A stretch of DNA of 64,000 bases from Hydrolagus colliei. Taxonomy: Eukaryota. The position numbers and the translations under genes were made by a program. The stretch is taken from the NCBI GenBank assembly GCA_035084275.1, contig CM068767.1, positions 5,766,001 to 5,830,000 of the forward strand. Direction: 5' to 3'. The notes under the pieces were generated by a model that had not been told where the DNA came from, ran no database searches, and worked only from the letters and a program-made list of their open reading frames with translations. This document shows, piece by piece, positions 12,689 to 23,506 of the stretch (positions within the stretch are counted from its first letter, which is position 1; each line of letters opens with the position of its first letter).

Positions 12689-13625
12689 AAACGAAGGCGT
12701 GGATTACGAGTATAATGGTCTCCCCTGTTGTTTTTTGAAATGGCTTGTCAATTTTGCCTAGACATTTGGCCAGGAGGTGGACTAGGCAGCCTCTGCCATC
12801 ACACAACCGCCTAAACGTTGCTGTAATGAATCTGTTTGCCTTCCAACCGCAGGCAGCTTGCCTCTCTGCGGCTCTCACTGACTGAGTGAGTGTCTGGCTG
12901 TGCGGACGCAGCATCAACTAGCCACCGCCGTTACTGCTCCAACGACAACGTGAGTCAGCGTCCCAGGGACCCCGCGGCTCGAGACCGGACCAGCGCTGTA
13001 CTGTCTGAACGCACGTGTTCTTTGTGCGCGGTCGAGTCTCGGGGCGAGCGGAACCTGGAGTGGCGTTTTAAAAGCCTATTCGCGGGCGTGGAGGAATCAG
13101 ACTGGGTTCCACGGCAGCCATTGGGAGAAGAGGGATCGCAAAGCGCTTGCTGGATCCGAACGCTGGTCAAGGTTCTCCTACCAGGCATCGATCGAATTGT
13201 TGTTAGACGACCCCCCCACCACCCCCCCTCCACCATTAATATATTGTTCCTCTGGGACAGCTCAGTGTTCGCAGCCGTTCCTGTGCCTCAGGAAATCGCG
13301 GAACCCGAGCTGCCATTTTGTTGGACCGTCGCTGCGTGAAAACCGCCTCCGCCGTTTGCTCTGCAAATCCACCCAGACTCGACAGCAACTGTGAGGTTGC
13401 GAAGTGGTTTTGAGAATACATTTCCAAATGCTGCTGCAAAAAAATATATATACCGTATATATCTACACGTATATATTTTCTCTCTAAATGAGATGGAGGA
13501 AATAAGTCAGTTGGGCTTGGAAGAAGCTGTGAAGCTCATTGGTCTTCCTCTCCGATCGGATCTGCTTGATATCCAACAATGTTCTGTGGAAATATCTTCG
13601 TTCTCTTCAGTGAATACCCTGAAGT

Positions 13626-13943
13626 GGAGTCCTGTAGCTCAGTGGTTAGAGCACTCGCCGTGCAAGCGTGAGAGACCTGGGTTCAATTCCAGGCAGGTCA
13701 GGGCGAAACCTTGGGCGAGTTTCCTTACTCCACACACACACGCCTGACAATAATCCCTAAAAAAAAAATTGGTCATTTCAATCCACGACTGTTTGTGTGG
13801 GGGACGCTGCTGTGCGCAATCGGCTGCCGCGTTTCGCCCACAAATACACAGTCAATTCACTTTACAGGATATTCTGTGAAGCGCTTTGAGACGTCTGGAA
13901 GACGTGGAAACTGTGATATCAAATGCAAGGATTATTATTATTA
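13626..13943 (+). mobile_element. Same SINE family, full length
   Basis: Head, core and tail present. Confidence 0.9.
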
Positions 13944-14399
13944 TATATAGTGGGGCTATTCAGGGTCAGGACTGATACGATCTTCGGCTGTGACGCAATC
14001 ACTCACAGGTTCGCTCGAACGAGAGATGGAACGAGTGTCTCGTACCAGTGTCTCGTTGCCTTGTACCAAAACTGAATAGAGTGACTGGGAAAGAGAGCCT
14101 CACTGCTCACTGCTCGAGGTGCCGTTTTTTTAGACGAGACATCAACACAAAGCTTCCATCTGCATCTCAAAGATCCTGTGGAGCAGTTGGAGAAAAGAGA
14201 AGGGAGTTTCTCTCTCTTTCTTTGTTTCTCTCTCTCTCTCTCTCTCTGGCGTCTTGGCTGACAATCACCCAAAACAAATGGGGCATTTATCTCTGTGTTT
14301 GTGGCATCTTGCTGGAAGTCAATTAGCCTCTGTGTGTGTGTGTGTACCTGACAGTAAAATGCGTTTGAGATGTTTCAGGTGCAGGTCGATTTTGTTTGC

Positions 14400-14620
14400 T
14401 CCTTCTGCCTCATCCCCTCCCTGGCCTCCTTCAAGTCTCGCCTCAAGACTCCCCTCTTCGATGGACCCATCGGCAACTCCTTCCCCTCCACCCCCCCACA
14501 CCAACCTCTGCCCCCTCCCCCCGCACACTCTTCTCAGCTCGGGTCCGAAGTAGTAACTGTCCAGCGCCTTGGGACGTCCTCCTGACATGAAAGACACTGT
14601 GCAAATGTTGTTGTTGCTCA
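14400..14620 (+). mobile_element. L2 3' end fragment
   Basis: ctggcctccttcaagtctcgcctcaagactcccctcttcgat..., then the gcgccttgggacgtcc tail and (ttg)n; closely similar to 44210-44425. Confidence 0.8.
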
Positions 14621-15587
14621 TTGCGGTTGAGTGTGAGGGCAACGAAAAGAACTTCTTCATCCCAGAGCTTTTGTGTTCATTAAAACTCACATAAAAGGCG
14701 TTCCCCGAATAAAATCTTGCGGGATTAAGAGTCACTGAGATCTCAACGCAGACAACCATCTTACTCTCCCCCGCCCCTCCCCCCTCCCTCCCCACCCACA
14801 CTTGTGCGCCCGCCAGCTCGCTCCCTCCTGAGATCGAGATCTGTTCAATATACAATTTCAAAATAGAGGCTTTGAATCAAGAATGTTATCGTGCTGTATC
14901 TGTCCTGAAATGCTGCCTGCCTTTTCATTTCCAAATGGGTTTCACGTTTTCGCGATGTAATGTTACAGAAATAACAAACGTTAAGACCCAGAGAGTGCTG
15001 CGAATGGACTTTAATTGCATTAGTCGGGGGATACAGAGAGAAAGAGAGAGGGAGGGAGGGAAACGGAGAGAGAGGAGTGGGGGGCAGGGAGAAAAAGAGA
15101 GATGAACAGAGGAGACCCAGTAGGGAGACAAGGTGGCAGTGAGTGGGATATTCAAATGGTTTGTCGATATCGAAAATGGATGGCCTAAGGCCTTTTGGTT
15201 TGTGTAAAAATGCATATAATCTCCACCCCTACCTTCCACTCTTATTATCCAGACTCCCCCAACCCCCACTCCCTCCCCTCCCCGTCCTCCACACACACAA
15301 ACACACTCCCTATCCCCCCTCCCCCTTCCCCCCAATCACTAGCTTCAGTCTCTTGGCTGGCGTAGACAATGCCTGCGTTGAACATTTTCTCTCTGATTAA
15401 CCCATTAAAACCAATGATATCACATCCTGGCTGCCCTCCATACACTCCCTCTTGCATTTTCAAAATAATTGACTTGAACAGTAAAGTCACCCTTCTTGTT
15501 TATACAGGGGTGGGGGTGGGGGAGTGAGTATGTATTAACTGGAGCTCCTCAAAGAACAAGGCAAGAAGGAATGAAAGAGGTAGAGGC

Positions 15588-15618
<31 letters not shown>

Positions 15619-16090
15619 GTGAGGATTGCACAACGATGAGATCAAATGGGTTGTAGAACCTTTTTCAACTCAACCTCTCGTGATGGTATCCCAGTGTATA
15701 CAAACTGTCCCTCTCTGTAACTGAGTGAGATGTTGTCTACTTGAACAGGGCACAGACTCCGGGACCTCAATTTCACGTCTCGTAGCTTCACAAAGGACAT
15801 GGCTTCCAGCAGTGAACTGCCTAGCTTTACCAGTGTCATGTCATATAGTGTGACCCAACTACACAAGCAAATATTGGGTAATCAGGAGATGGTGGAGGGG
15901 AGTGGTGGTGGTGGGGGGTGGGGCTAATGAGATTTACTCAATGCAGCTTCCCTACAATTATACAGTCACTACACCTCTCAAGGAACCAATTTGAGAATTC
16001 CAACAACGCGATAAGGAGCCATATCAAATGCATTAATATTTCTATCAGACAAGGGTGGGGGGGGGGGGGGAGGGGAGAGTATTACTTTAA

Positions 16091-16139
16091 TACTTTATAT
16101 TAAAGTAAATTTATATTAAATTTACTTTAATATAAAGTA
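16091..16139. repeat. Perfect 23-bp AT-rich inverted repeat with a 3-nt spacer
   Basis: tactttatattaaagtaaattta-tat-taaatttactttaatataaagta. Confidence 0.95.
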
Positions 16140-16589
16140 AATTTTTCAACAATTTTCTCCTTTCAAACCCACCCCCACCCTTCTCAAAAATACATTTCTG
16201 CCAGGCAAACTGTAATTCATAACTACGGAAGTAAATTAAGACAAAATAGTTTCCTTTCAATTAACTGTGCCGTAGCCTCCAGTAAGTAAGTATAATTCTA
16301 TTTAATGAAAAAATTAAATTACTCTCTCCACTTCATTGCCTTATAGTTGGTGCTCATTAAACGCTGGAATGAATTTATTTAATCCCCCCAAAAAGCCTTA
16401 TTTGCCTGATTTTTTTAAATATAACAAAGGGACTTTGGACTAATTGAATGTTCACTCGATTGATGTCAGGTTGATAGTCAAGCGGTTTAATGCAAAGGTA
16501 TTGATATGAAATGCAGTCAACACCACCAACATTAATAATCCCTGTTCCACAGTTTTGTTTCCTGCAGAAGTGTCATTTATCAAGCGATG

Positions 16590-16770
16590 TGAGGTTTCGA
16601 GTGGGATTGAGGAACGTAAGAACCCAAAACAACAAAAGTTCAGAAGCGTTGGGGGAATGCGGTAAGGAACGTCTTCACGCAGAGGATGGTGAGAGAGTTT
16701 GGTACTCGTTTCCATGAGTGGGAGTTTCAAGTAGAATGCATTCAAAGTGTTCAAGAGGACATTTGACACG
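16590..16770 (+). mobile_element. Degenerate CR1 ORF2 C-terminal fragment
   Basis: Peptide RNVFTQRMVRVWYSFP resembles the CR1 FFTQRVVxxWNSLP motif. Confidence 0.6.
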
Positions 16771-19031
16771 TCACTGTAACAACAACGACAACCCTCGCAT
16801 TTGATCCCAAGCGCCTTATCACGTCTACGGGACGGCCTCAAAGGCACTTCGCAGAATGCGAATTTGCAAAGCGAATTGACTGGACTGTATATTTTGCCGG
16901 GGAAACGAGGAAGACAAAGGGAAAAGACAGTAGAGGGTTGTAGGAGAGGGGTGGGTGGGAGGCTTGTGTGCAGTATAATTGCCAGATTGGCTCATTTCCA
17001 TGCCACGTAACGTTCTGCGTAGTTTCAGATAATTCAAGGCAAGGCGACGGGAGCAATGGCGGCCAGCCTATCCACACCCCACGGGCCACAGAAAACCCGC
17101 ATCACTCTAGGTGAGTCTGTTTCTAATCTCATGTTTTGTTTCCAAAATTTTTCTTTCTTTCTTCCTTCCTTCCTTCCTTCTCCTGGTTGGATATTTTCTC
17201 AATCTGTGGCACAATTCGCCAGATATTCAGTGAATATCTGGCGACCAAAATGGTTTGGGTTTCTCCCTGGAGTTTGGTGGCTTCAAAATGCCCACACTTT
17301 TCACTTTTCCGCAACTTGGATGCGGAGAAGACAAAATAAACACAAAAATAATCCTTCCAATTGACGCAACGCCTGATCCCGTTACAGAAATGTTTCAAAG
17401 TGCTCCACAGAACTTTAGTTTGATTGGTATTGACCATTGGTAGGCAAATAGTTTATACAGAGTAACGTCCCACAAACAACCACAGAGTGAACTTCTTTTT
17501 AACGTGTGTGTGTGTATATGTATATAATATATATATTAAATATTTAAATAAAAGAAATACGGATGTCCCTCCCGTCTCCCTTTTAATTAAAAGAAGGGGA
17601 AATCCAGGATTGTGGAATACTGGGTGTTCGGGGAAAGAGAAACACGGTCACTTCCCGTTCCATCAGCAGAGTTTGAACTTTTCAAAGTGAGTAATCTATT
17701 AGCCACGGATTTATAGGCATTTATTAGGAACACGTGCTGAAGATTAATTTCCACTGAAGTATTAAGGTATTATGCGGTAATGAAAGACATGGGAAGCCTT
17801 TGCAATGTGGACGGACTATACTGTATCCAACAACTAATATAATTATGGAAATCCTGCGCTTTGGAATTTAAATTGAACAATGTGCATTCTCATTTCGTTT
17901 TTAAACAGAAGAAACTAAAACTGATCATTTATTTGTGGCACGGGATGATGTCGCGCGCACGAGAAAAACAGCTCCACTGTCCCGCTGGGCAGTTTGCTCG
18001 CTCTTTCCTGCTCCGCGAATCGCCGACCACGAGAGGGGCAAAAATCCTCTCCTTCAGGTTCGACTCGCGGGAATCCTGAATGCCCGAGTGAGGAATCCTG
18101 TTCCGATTCCCGATCGGATCGCTGGCTGGTTCGCAGGGGCCTTCCGCTTCGGGACCGTCCGCAAAGCTGGTCTCGGGAAACGGTCCCTGAATTCAGCCTC
18201 GAAGCCGGAGGGAGTTTCTACTCGATCGTTAAAACCTGAAACACAATGGTCCAAAGGCGAAGACTCGGAGATTCTGATTGCGAGAGAGGGAGGGGGCATT
18301 GGTGGTTGTGGGGACAGTGGGGGTGGGGGGGTGCGGTGGTCACTAAATCGTGAGAACCCTACAGATTTTACCTCTTCCCTAAAGTTTGTCTCTCGCTGTG
18401 TGGCTATTTGTGGAGACGTTGCTGTGTGCAAATTAGTTATTAGCTATTACGATCACCTACAGATACACAGTCACTGCACTTCACAGTAAATCCCGCGAAG
18501 CACTTTGAGACATGTTTCTGGACATGAAAGGGGCTATATCAAATTGCAAGGATCATTAGTATTATCCCAGAGTATGGGGGGGAGGGGGGGGGGTGGGGGG
18601 GAGGCGGGGAGGGAGCGATGTGCTAAGCCCAAATTTAAAGCATTTATTTCTGTATACGAAAGCCACCTCTAAGCAAAGTTCTCGCAGAAATTTCATGGGA
18701 GTGAAATTATCTTCAACTAAGTCCATGGCTGTGCGATTGAGTCTGGGTGCCAATTACCGAGCGTGAAAAAAATAAATAGTACAAATTTACCCCGAAAACC
18801 ACGGTAAACCGATTAACATTAAGAGAAATTACCACTAACTGCGGTAATAGCTGCCTTTCCCTCAGTATTTTTACGCTGCTATGTTGCATCTAAACTGGTG
18901 TCAGATCTACCCACCCCCCACCCACCCACCCCAACATCTTGTCCAGGAATAAGGACTTGCGCTTAACTCATTACCAATCTCAGTGTAGCATTGCCCTCTG
19001 CTGGACGCTTTCAATCACCGATACTTGCAGG

Positions 19032-19343
19032 AATAAGAATAATAATCCTTGCCTTTGATAATGCAGTGCTCTGGCGCTTTTCATGCATTCCAGACCTCTC
19101 AAAGCTCTTCACAGAAAATACTCTAAACTGAATTGGCTGTATATTTTGTGGGTGAAACGCGACAGTCCAATTGCGCACAGCAGCGTCCCCCACAAACAGT
19201 CGTGGATTGAATCGACCGATCTCTTCTTTTTTTGTTAGGGATTTTTATCAGGCGTGTGGAGTAAGGAAACTTTCGCCCAAGGTTTCACCCTGTCTGGAAT
19301 TGAACCCAGTTTTCTTGCGTTGTAAGGCAAATACTCTAACCAC
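19032..19343 (-). mobile_element. Same SINE family, near full length
   Basis: Reverse head, core and tail. Confidence 0.88.
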
Positions 19344-19509
19344 ACAATGACAACAACAACAACAACGAGTGCATTTTTGTAGCGCCCCTCAGGCCTGGCA
19401 GCTTCGCAGAGTGGCTTGTGATGGGCAGGTCGCCTGTCCAGGTTATCACATTGAAATCCAGATCAAGCAGCTAACTAACTCATTATTACATATTAGTATA
19501 TTAGTGTCT

Positions 19510-19755
19510 TCCTGTAGCTCAGTGGCTATGGCACTCATCACGCAAGTGAAACACCTGGATTGGATTCCTGGACAAGGCGAAGAAATTTTGGGGCAAGTTT
19601 CCTTACTCCAACACGCCTGATAATAATCCCTGAATCTATATACTTTTAAAAAAATTGGTTGTTTCAATCCACAACTGTTTGTGGCGGACACTGCTGTGCA
19701 CAATTAGCTGTGGTGTTTCACCCACAAAATATACAGTCAATTCGCTTTACAGTTT
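19510..19755 (+). mobile_element. Same SINE family, 3'-truncated
   Basis: Head and core present. Confidence 0.85.
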
Positions 19756-20554
19756 CTTCTGCTCTACATCAAATGCATGGATTGGAGGACTCTTTAACAA
19801 ATGTGGATATACTTTGGGACTGGCCTAATAGCCTCTTCTGTGTTCCTGAGACTTTAAAGGAGGATACAAAATACTTTGTGAGCAACTGGGGGTGGGGAAG
19901 GGGTGGTGGTGGGTAAGGGCACTCTTACTCAGTCTCTCCTTTTCAGCTCAGCTCTCTATTCCATGCTTAACATGAGCAACCAAGCTGATCTGAATTAATT
20001 GCATGCATACTAATGAATCCGGCCTTGAAATTCCTTGTAAAAAAAAATGATTAAGCTGCTAATTAAAGCTGTTTAGAACTTGTTTCTCTGTTTCTAAGCC
20101 ATCAGCAAACCCTGATAATTAACATGTAAATTACCCCAGAGGTGATGGGGTAGGCGGGGGGGGGGGGAAGAGAGAGCAAAGAAGGCACAAGGGACAGGTA
20201 CACACCCCGCTCTCTCTCTCTCCCTCTCTTGAGTCCGTATGGTAGCTTAATTATTGCCTGAATACCGAAACATCACAATTATGAATAGTGGCGTTTGTTT
20301 TAGCGGCAATGAGGTAATTACCCAAATGGCACTTGGAGAGAATTTTCAGGACATTTGTCTTCGCTGCCTCTGGCAACGAGGTTGAGAATGATGAAGCTGC
20401 TTGATAAGCAAACATATTTAGCAAAATGATGTTTAAACGTGACACGACTATTAATTAGCCCGTGTTTATATACACTGTACTGTATATAGTACATATGCAT
20501 ATGTATATTTATTCAGACAGTTTATTTATTTCCTTATGCTCATTCAGACATGCG

Positions 20555-20890
20555 AATAATAATAATAATAATAATCCTTGCGTTTGGTATAGCGTTTTTC
20601 ATGTCTTCTAGACTGAGTCGCAAAGCGCTTCACTGAATATACTGTAAAGTGAATTGACTGTATAGTTGTGGGCGAAACGCGGCAGCCAATTACGCACAGC
20701 GGCGTCCCACACAAACAGTCGTGGATTGAAATGACCAATTTTATTATTGTGTGTTTTTTTGGTGAGGAGGGATTATTATTAGGTGTGTGTGTGTGTGTGT
20801 ATGTGGAGAAAGGATACTTGCCCTAAGGTTTAGTCCTGACCTGCCTGGATTCAAAACACAGGTCTCTAACCACTGAGCTACAGGAGCTCC
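20555..20890 (-). mobile_element. Same SINE family, full length
   Basis: Reverse head, core and tail. Confidence 0.9.
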
Positions 20891-22111
20891 ACACATCCTG
20901 GTTACAGCCCTGAAATGGCCCTTGTTCCGTTGCCTTGGAGGAGTATCTTTGTGGGTTTATATCTCACCTCGGTAAGATATAGGCCTTCCTTCTCATGGAA
21001 CTGGCTAGTGTGTAGCTGCCTGTAGCTGGCTATGGTTCGATGCCATTTGTGATGCTCTAATGTACTGTGAGATCACAGTGTAGGAAGGCTAATTCTCAGT
21101 GATGGGACAATCTTAAGTCAGTGATCTCACAGAGACTGCGGTTCAATGTGGTAAAACAAGGCACTGATTGGACCATCCCCAACAATGTGACCGTCACAAG
21201 AACTTGGGATCCTCTGGATCTCTCCCGTCAGGTGAGAGATCTTCGGTGGGAAACAGCATCTCCGAGAGGGACTTGTCGAGCTGGAATAGGCTGTCAACGC
21301 AATGTGCAGACCCAACCAACACTTGGCAAGGATATTCAATTGGCTGCCGCGTTTCGCCCACAAAATAGACAGTCAATTCTCTTTAAAGTATATTCCGGTG
21401 AAGCGTTTTGAGACACAGTCTAGAAGACGTGAAAAGCGCTTTATCGAATGCAAGTATTATTATTGTTATTCTTTGACTATTCGCGGCTGATAAGGTTAAG
21501 GATACAGAATAACAAAGTGCAGTAGACAACAGGGTGGAAAGTGCGACATTCTGTCACGGATCCAATCTATTTATCGCATGAAATCCGTGGGGAGACGTCG
21601 CATTTTTCAACTCTAAACTGCAGTTCACACACAGTCATCTGAAAGGGCTTGGGAGAAGATTTAATAGTACACATCATTCACCCTCTTAAAGGGGCAATGG
21701 CTGACATTTCACCCACTGTATATTGTATATTCGCCCACAAATTCACAGTTAACTCACTTTATAGTAAATTCTGTGAAGTGCTTTGGGACGTCGATAAGAT
21801 GTGAAATGCTAGGATTATTATTATTATCCAAGCAAATAAAAGTTGCGTTGCCCGAAAATCGGGGCAAAAATAACAATTATTATTTCCTGTGATGGTTTGA
21901 CCCAATAATGATCCTTGCATGTCTTCTAGACTGTGTCTCAAAGCGCTTCACAGAATATACTGTAAAGCGAATTGACTGTATGTTTGCGGGCGAAACGTGG
22001 CCTCTCGTGCCAAAAACAACACAGTAACTTTGGACCCAACTATGCTTATTTTCAGGCAAGCCGAGGAATAGTAAATTACTGGAGGTGGAAAGCAATCAGT
22101 GAAAGGTTAGA

Positions 22112-23506
22112 ATGAAACCACCAAAGTTTCCCTACCTGGGTTTTTTCTGCCTATTCACCCGCCTAGAAAGCGCCACATTGGGCAAAACAGCCTGGAGAGC
22201 TGGTGGAGTAACGGATACATCCGTGGGAATCCTGGAGGGGAGCAGGTTTAAGGCGGCATGTGATTTCGGCCGGGTTAAGTCGCCTTGGGGAGTCTTTGAA
22301 ATCGAATGGGAGCGTTCCTCTGGCGGAGAGGGGATGGAAAGGATCCTTCACCACTCCGTCACTCCCGAGCAGGAGACAGTCCAATACCTGAGTGATTGGA
22401 TCAAAGCCAGATTGCACGGCAGCTCCCTCAACTCCACCGTGTCCGTCTTGACCATTGACTCAATGGTCATCCAGGACACGGGCAAATACGTTTGCTACGT
22501 CAATGGAGTCAAACAGCGCGCGTTCAACGTCTTTGTCTGCGTCCCCTTCAGCAAGATGGTCATGGATTTCGATCCAGAGAAGCCGGTGGAAGAGTCTCAC
22601 ATCCATATAACGTGTCGGGCAGGCATTGGGTTTCCCGAGCCCCTGGTCCAATGGTTCTCCAATGGGAATGACATCACCCACAAGGCCAACACTACCTTGG
22701 TGCGCTCAATCGACCACAAGATCCTGGTGAGGACTTCCATAACGGTCAAAGCCAAGAGAGGGTTGAGGTACATATGTAGCGTTTGGAACCAGTACATCGA
22801 AAACCTCCTGGTGGACTGGGTGGTCCCTGTGCCCGGCGTCACCGTGCGGACCCCGATCGCGGATGTACTGGGGGTACGCGGGAAAAGCGTGCTGCTCATC
22901 TGCGACATCGACATCCCCGGCAACGATCCGGTCACCATCGCGGAGCTGGGCTTCTACTGGGTCATCAGGGACCTGGATATGACTGAGCGCTTGGTCTACT
23001 CCTTCGTGAACGAGAGGCAAGACTTGGAAGAACAGGACCCGGCGTTCGCCGGCAGGGCCTCGCTTTCGTGGGAGAACTTCCTTCGCGGATCGATCGACCT
23101 GAGGCTGGCGAACGTGTCGATCGACGACATGGGCGACTACGTCTGCCGGGTCAAGAAGGACAACGAGGTGATGGGCGAGGCCTCTCTGGAGCTTCGAGTG
23201 GCTTCACCTTACAGCAAACCGACCATCGAATATTCTACTTACCCGGAAGTCCAGGAGCACAGTAGTGTGTCACTCACTTGCTTGACCGAAGGCGGGTTTC
23301 CTCTGGGGAGTGTCCATTGGCGGACGAACAGTGACGAGGATCTCACCTCTCGCTCCAGGACGTCGGTCAAGCTGACGAACGGCCATTTCGACATGTCCAG
23401 TGAGCTGACCGTTTCAGTGTCTCAAGGAGCTCGCTTCACTTGCTCCGTAGAGAACCCTTGGCTGGAGGCACGGCCTAGTTCCACTCTCGTCTTTGTTGAC
23501 CAGTAA
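22112..23506 (+). CDS. Single-exon B7-family (CD276/B7-H3-like) protein with four Ig domains (IgV-IgC-IgV-IgC); putative signal peptide, no TM or cytoplasmic tail
   Basis: Uninterrupted 464-aa ORF with four Ig Cys/Trp sets: ACDFG..IEW..DTGKYVC; ITCRAGIGFPEPLVQW..YICSVWN; LICDI..FYW..LRLANVSIDDMGDYVCRV; VASPYSKP..LTCLTEGGFP..VHW..FTCSVENP. The last two closely resemble CD276 V and C domains. Three N-glycosylation sequons (NST, NTT, NVS). A splice acceptor (ttattttcag, AG at 22054-22055) lies 56 nt upstream of the ATG. Confidence 0.9.
   Translation: MKPPKFPYLGFFCLFTRLESATLGKTAWRAGGVTDTSVGILEGSRFKAACDFGRVKSPWGVFEIEWERSSGGEGMERILHHSVTPEQETVQYLSDWIKARLHGSSLNSTVSVLTIDSMVIQDTGKYVCYVNGVKQRAFNVFVCVPFSKMVMDFDPEKPVEESHIHITCRAGIGFPEPLVQWFSNGNDITHKANTTLVRSIDHKILVRTSITVKAKRGLRYICSVWNQYIENLLVDWVVPVPGVTVRTPIADVLGVRGKSVLLICDIDIPGNDPVTIAELGFYWVIRDLDMTERLVYSFVNERQDLEEQDPAFAGRASLSWENFLRGSIDLRLANVSIDDMGDYVCRVKKDNEVMGEASLELRVASPYSKPTIEYSTYPEVQEHSSVSLTCLTEGGFPLGSVHWRTNSDEDLTSRSRTSVKLTNGHFDMSSELTVSVSQGARFTCSVENPWLEARPSSTLVFVDQ

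Noticed and set aside
15642-15866. 74-aa minus-strand ORF with protein-like composition
   Set aside because: No recognisable motif or splice-compatible partner; weak resemblance to decayed CR1 sequence.
1-21000. PRDM16 exon 1 (MRSKARARKLAK) expected by synteny on the minus strand
   Set aside because: No matching sequence was found; it is outside the window or hidden in a gap, so it is not annotated.
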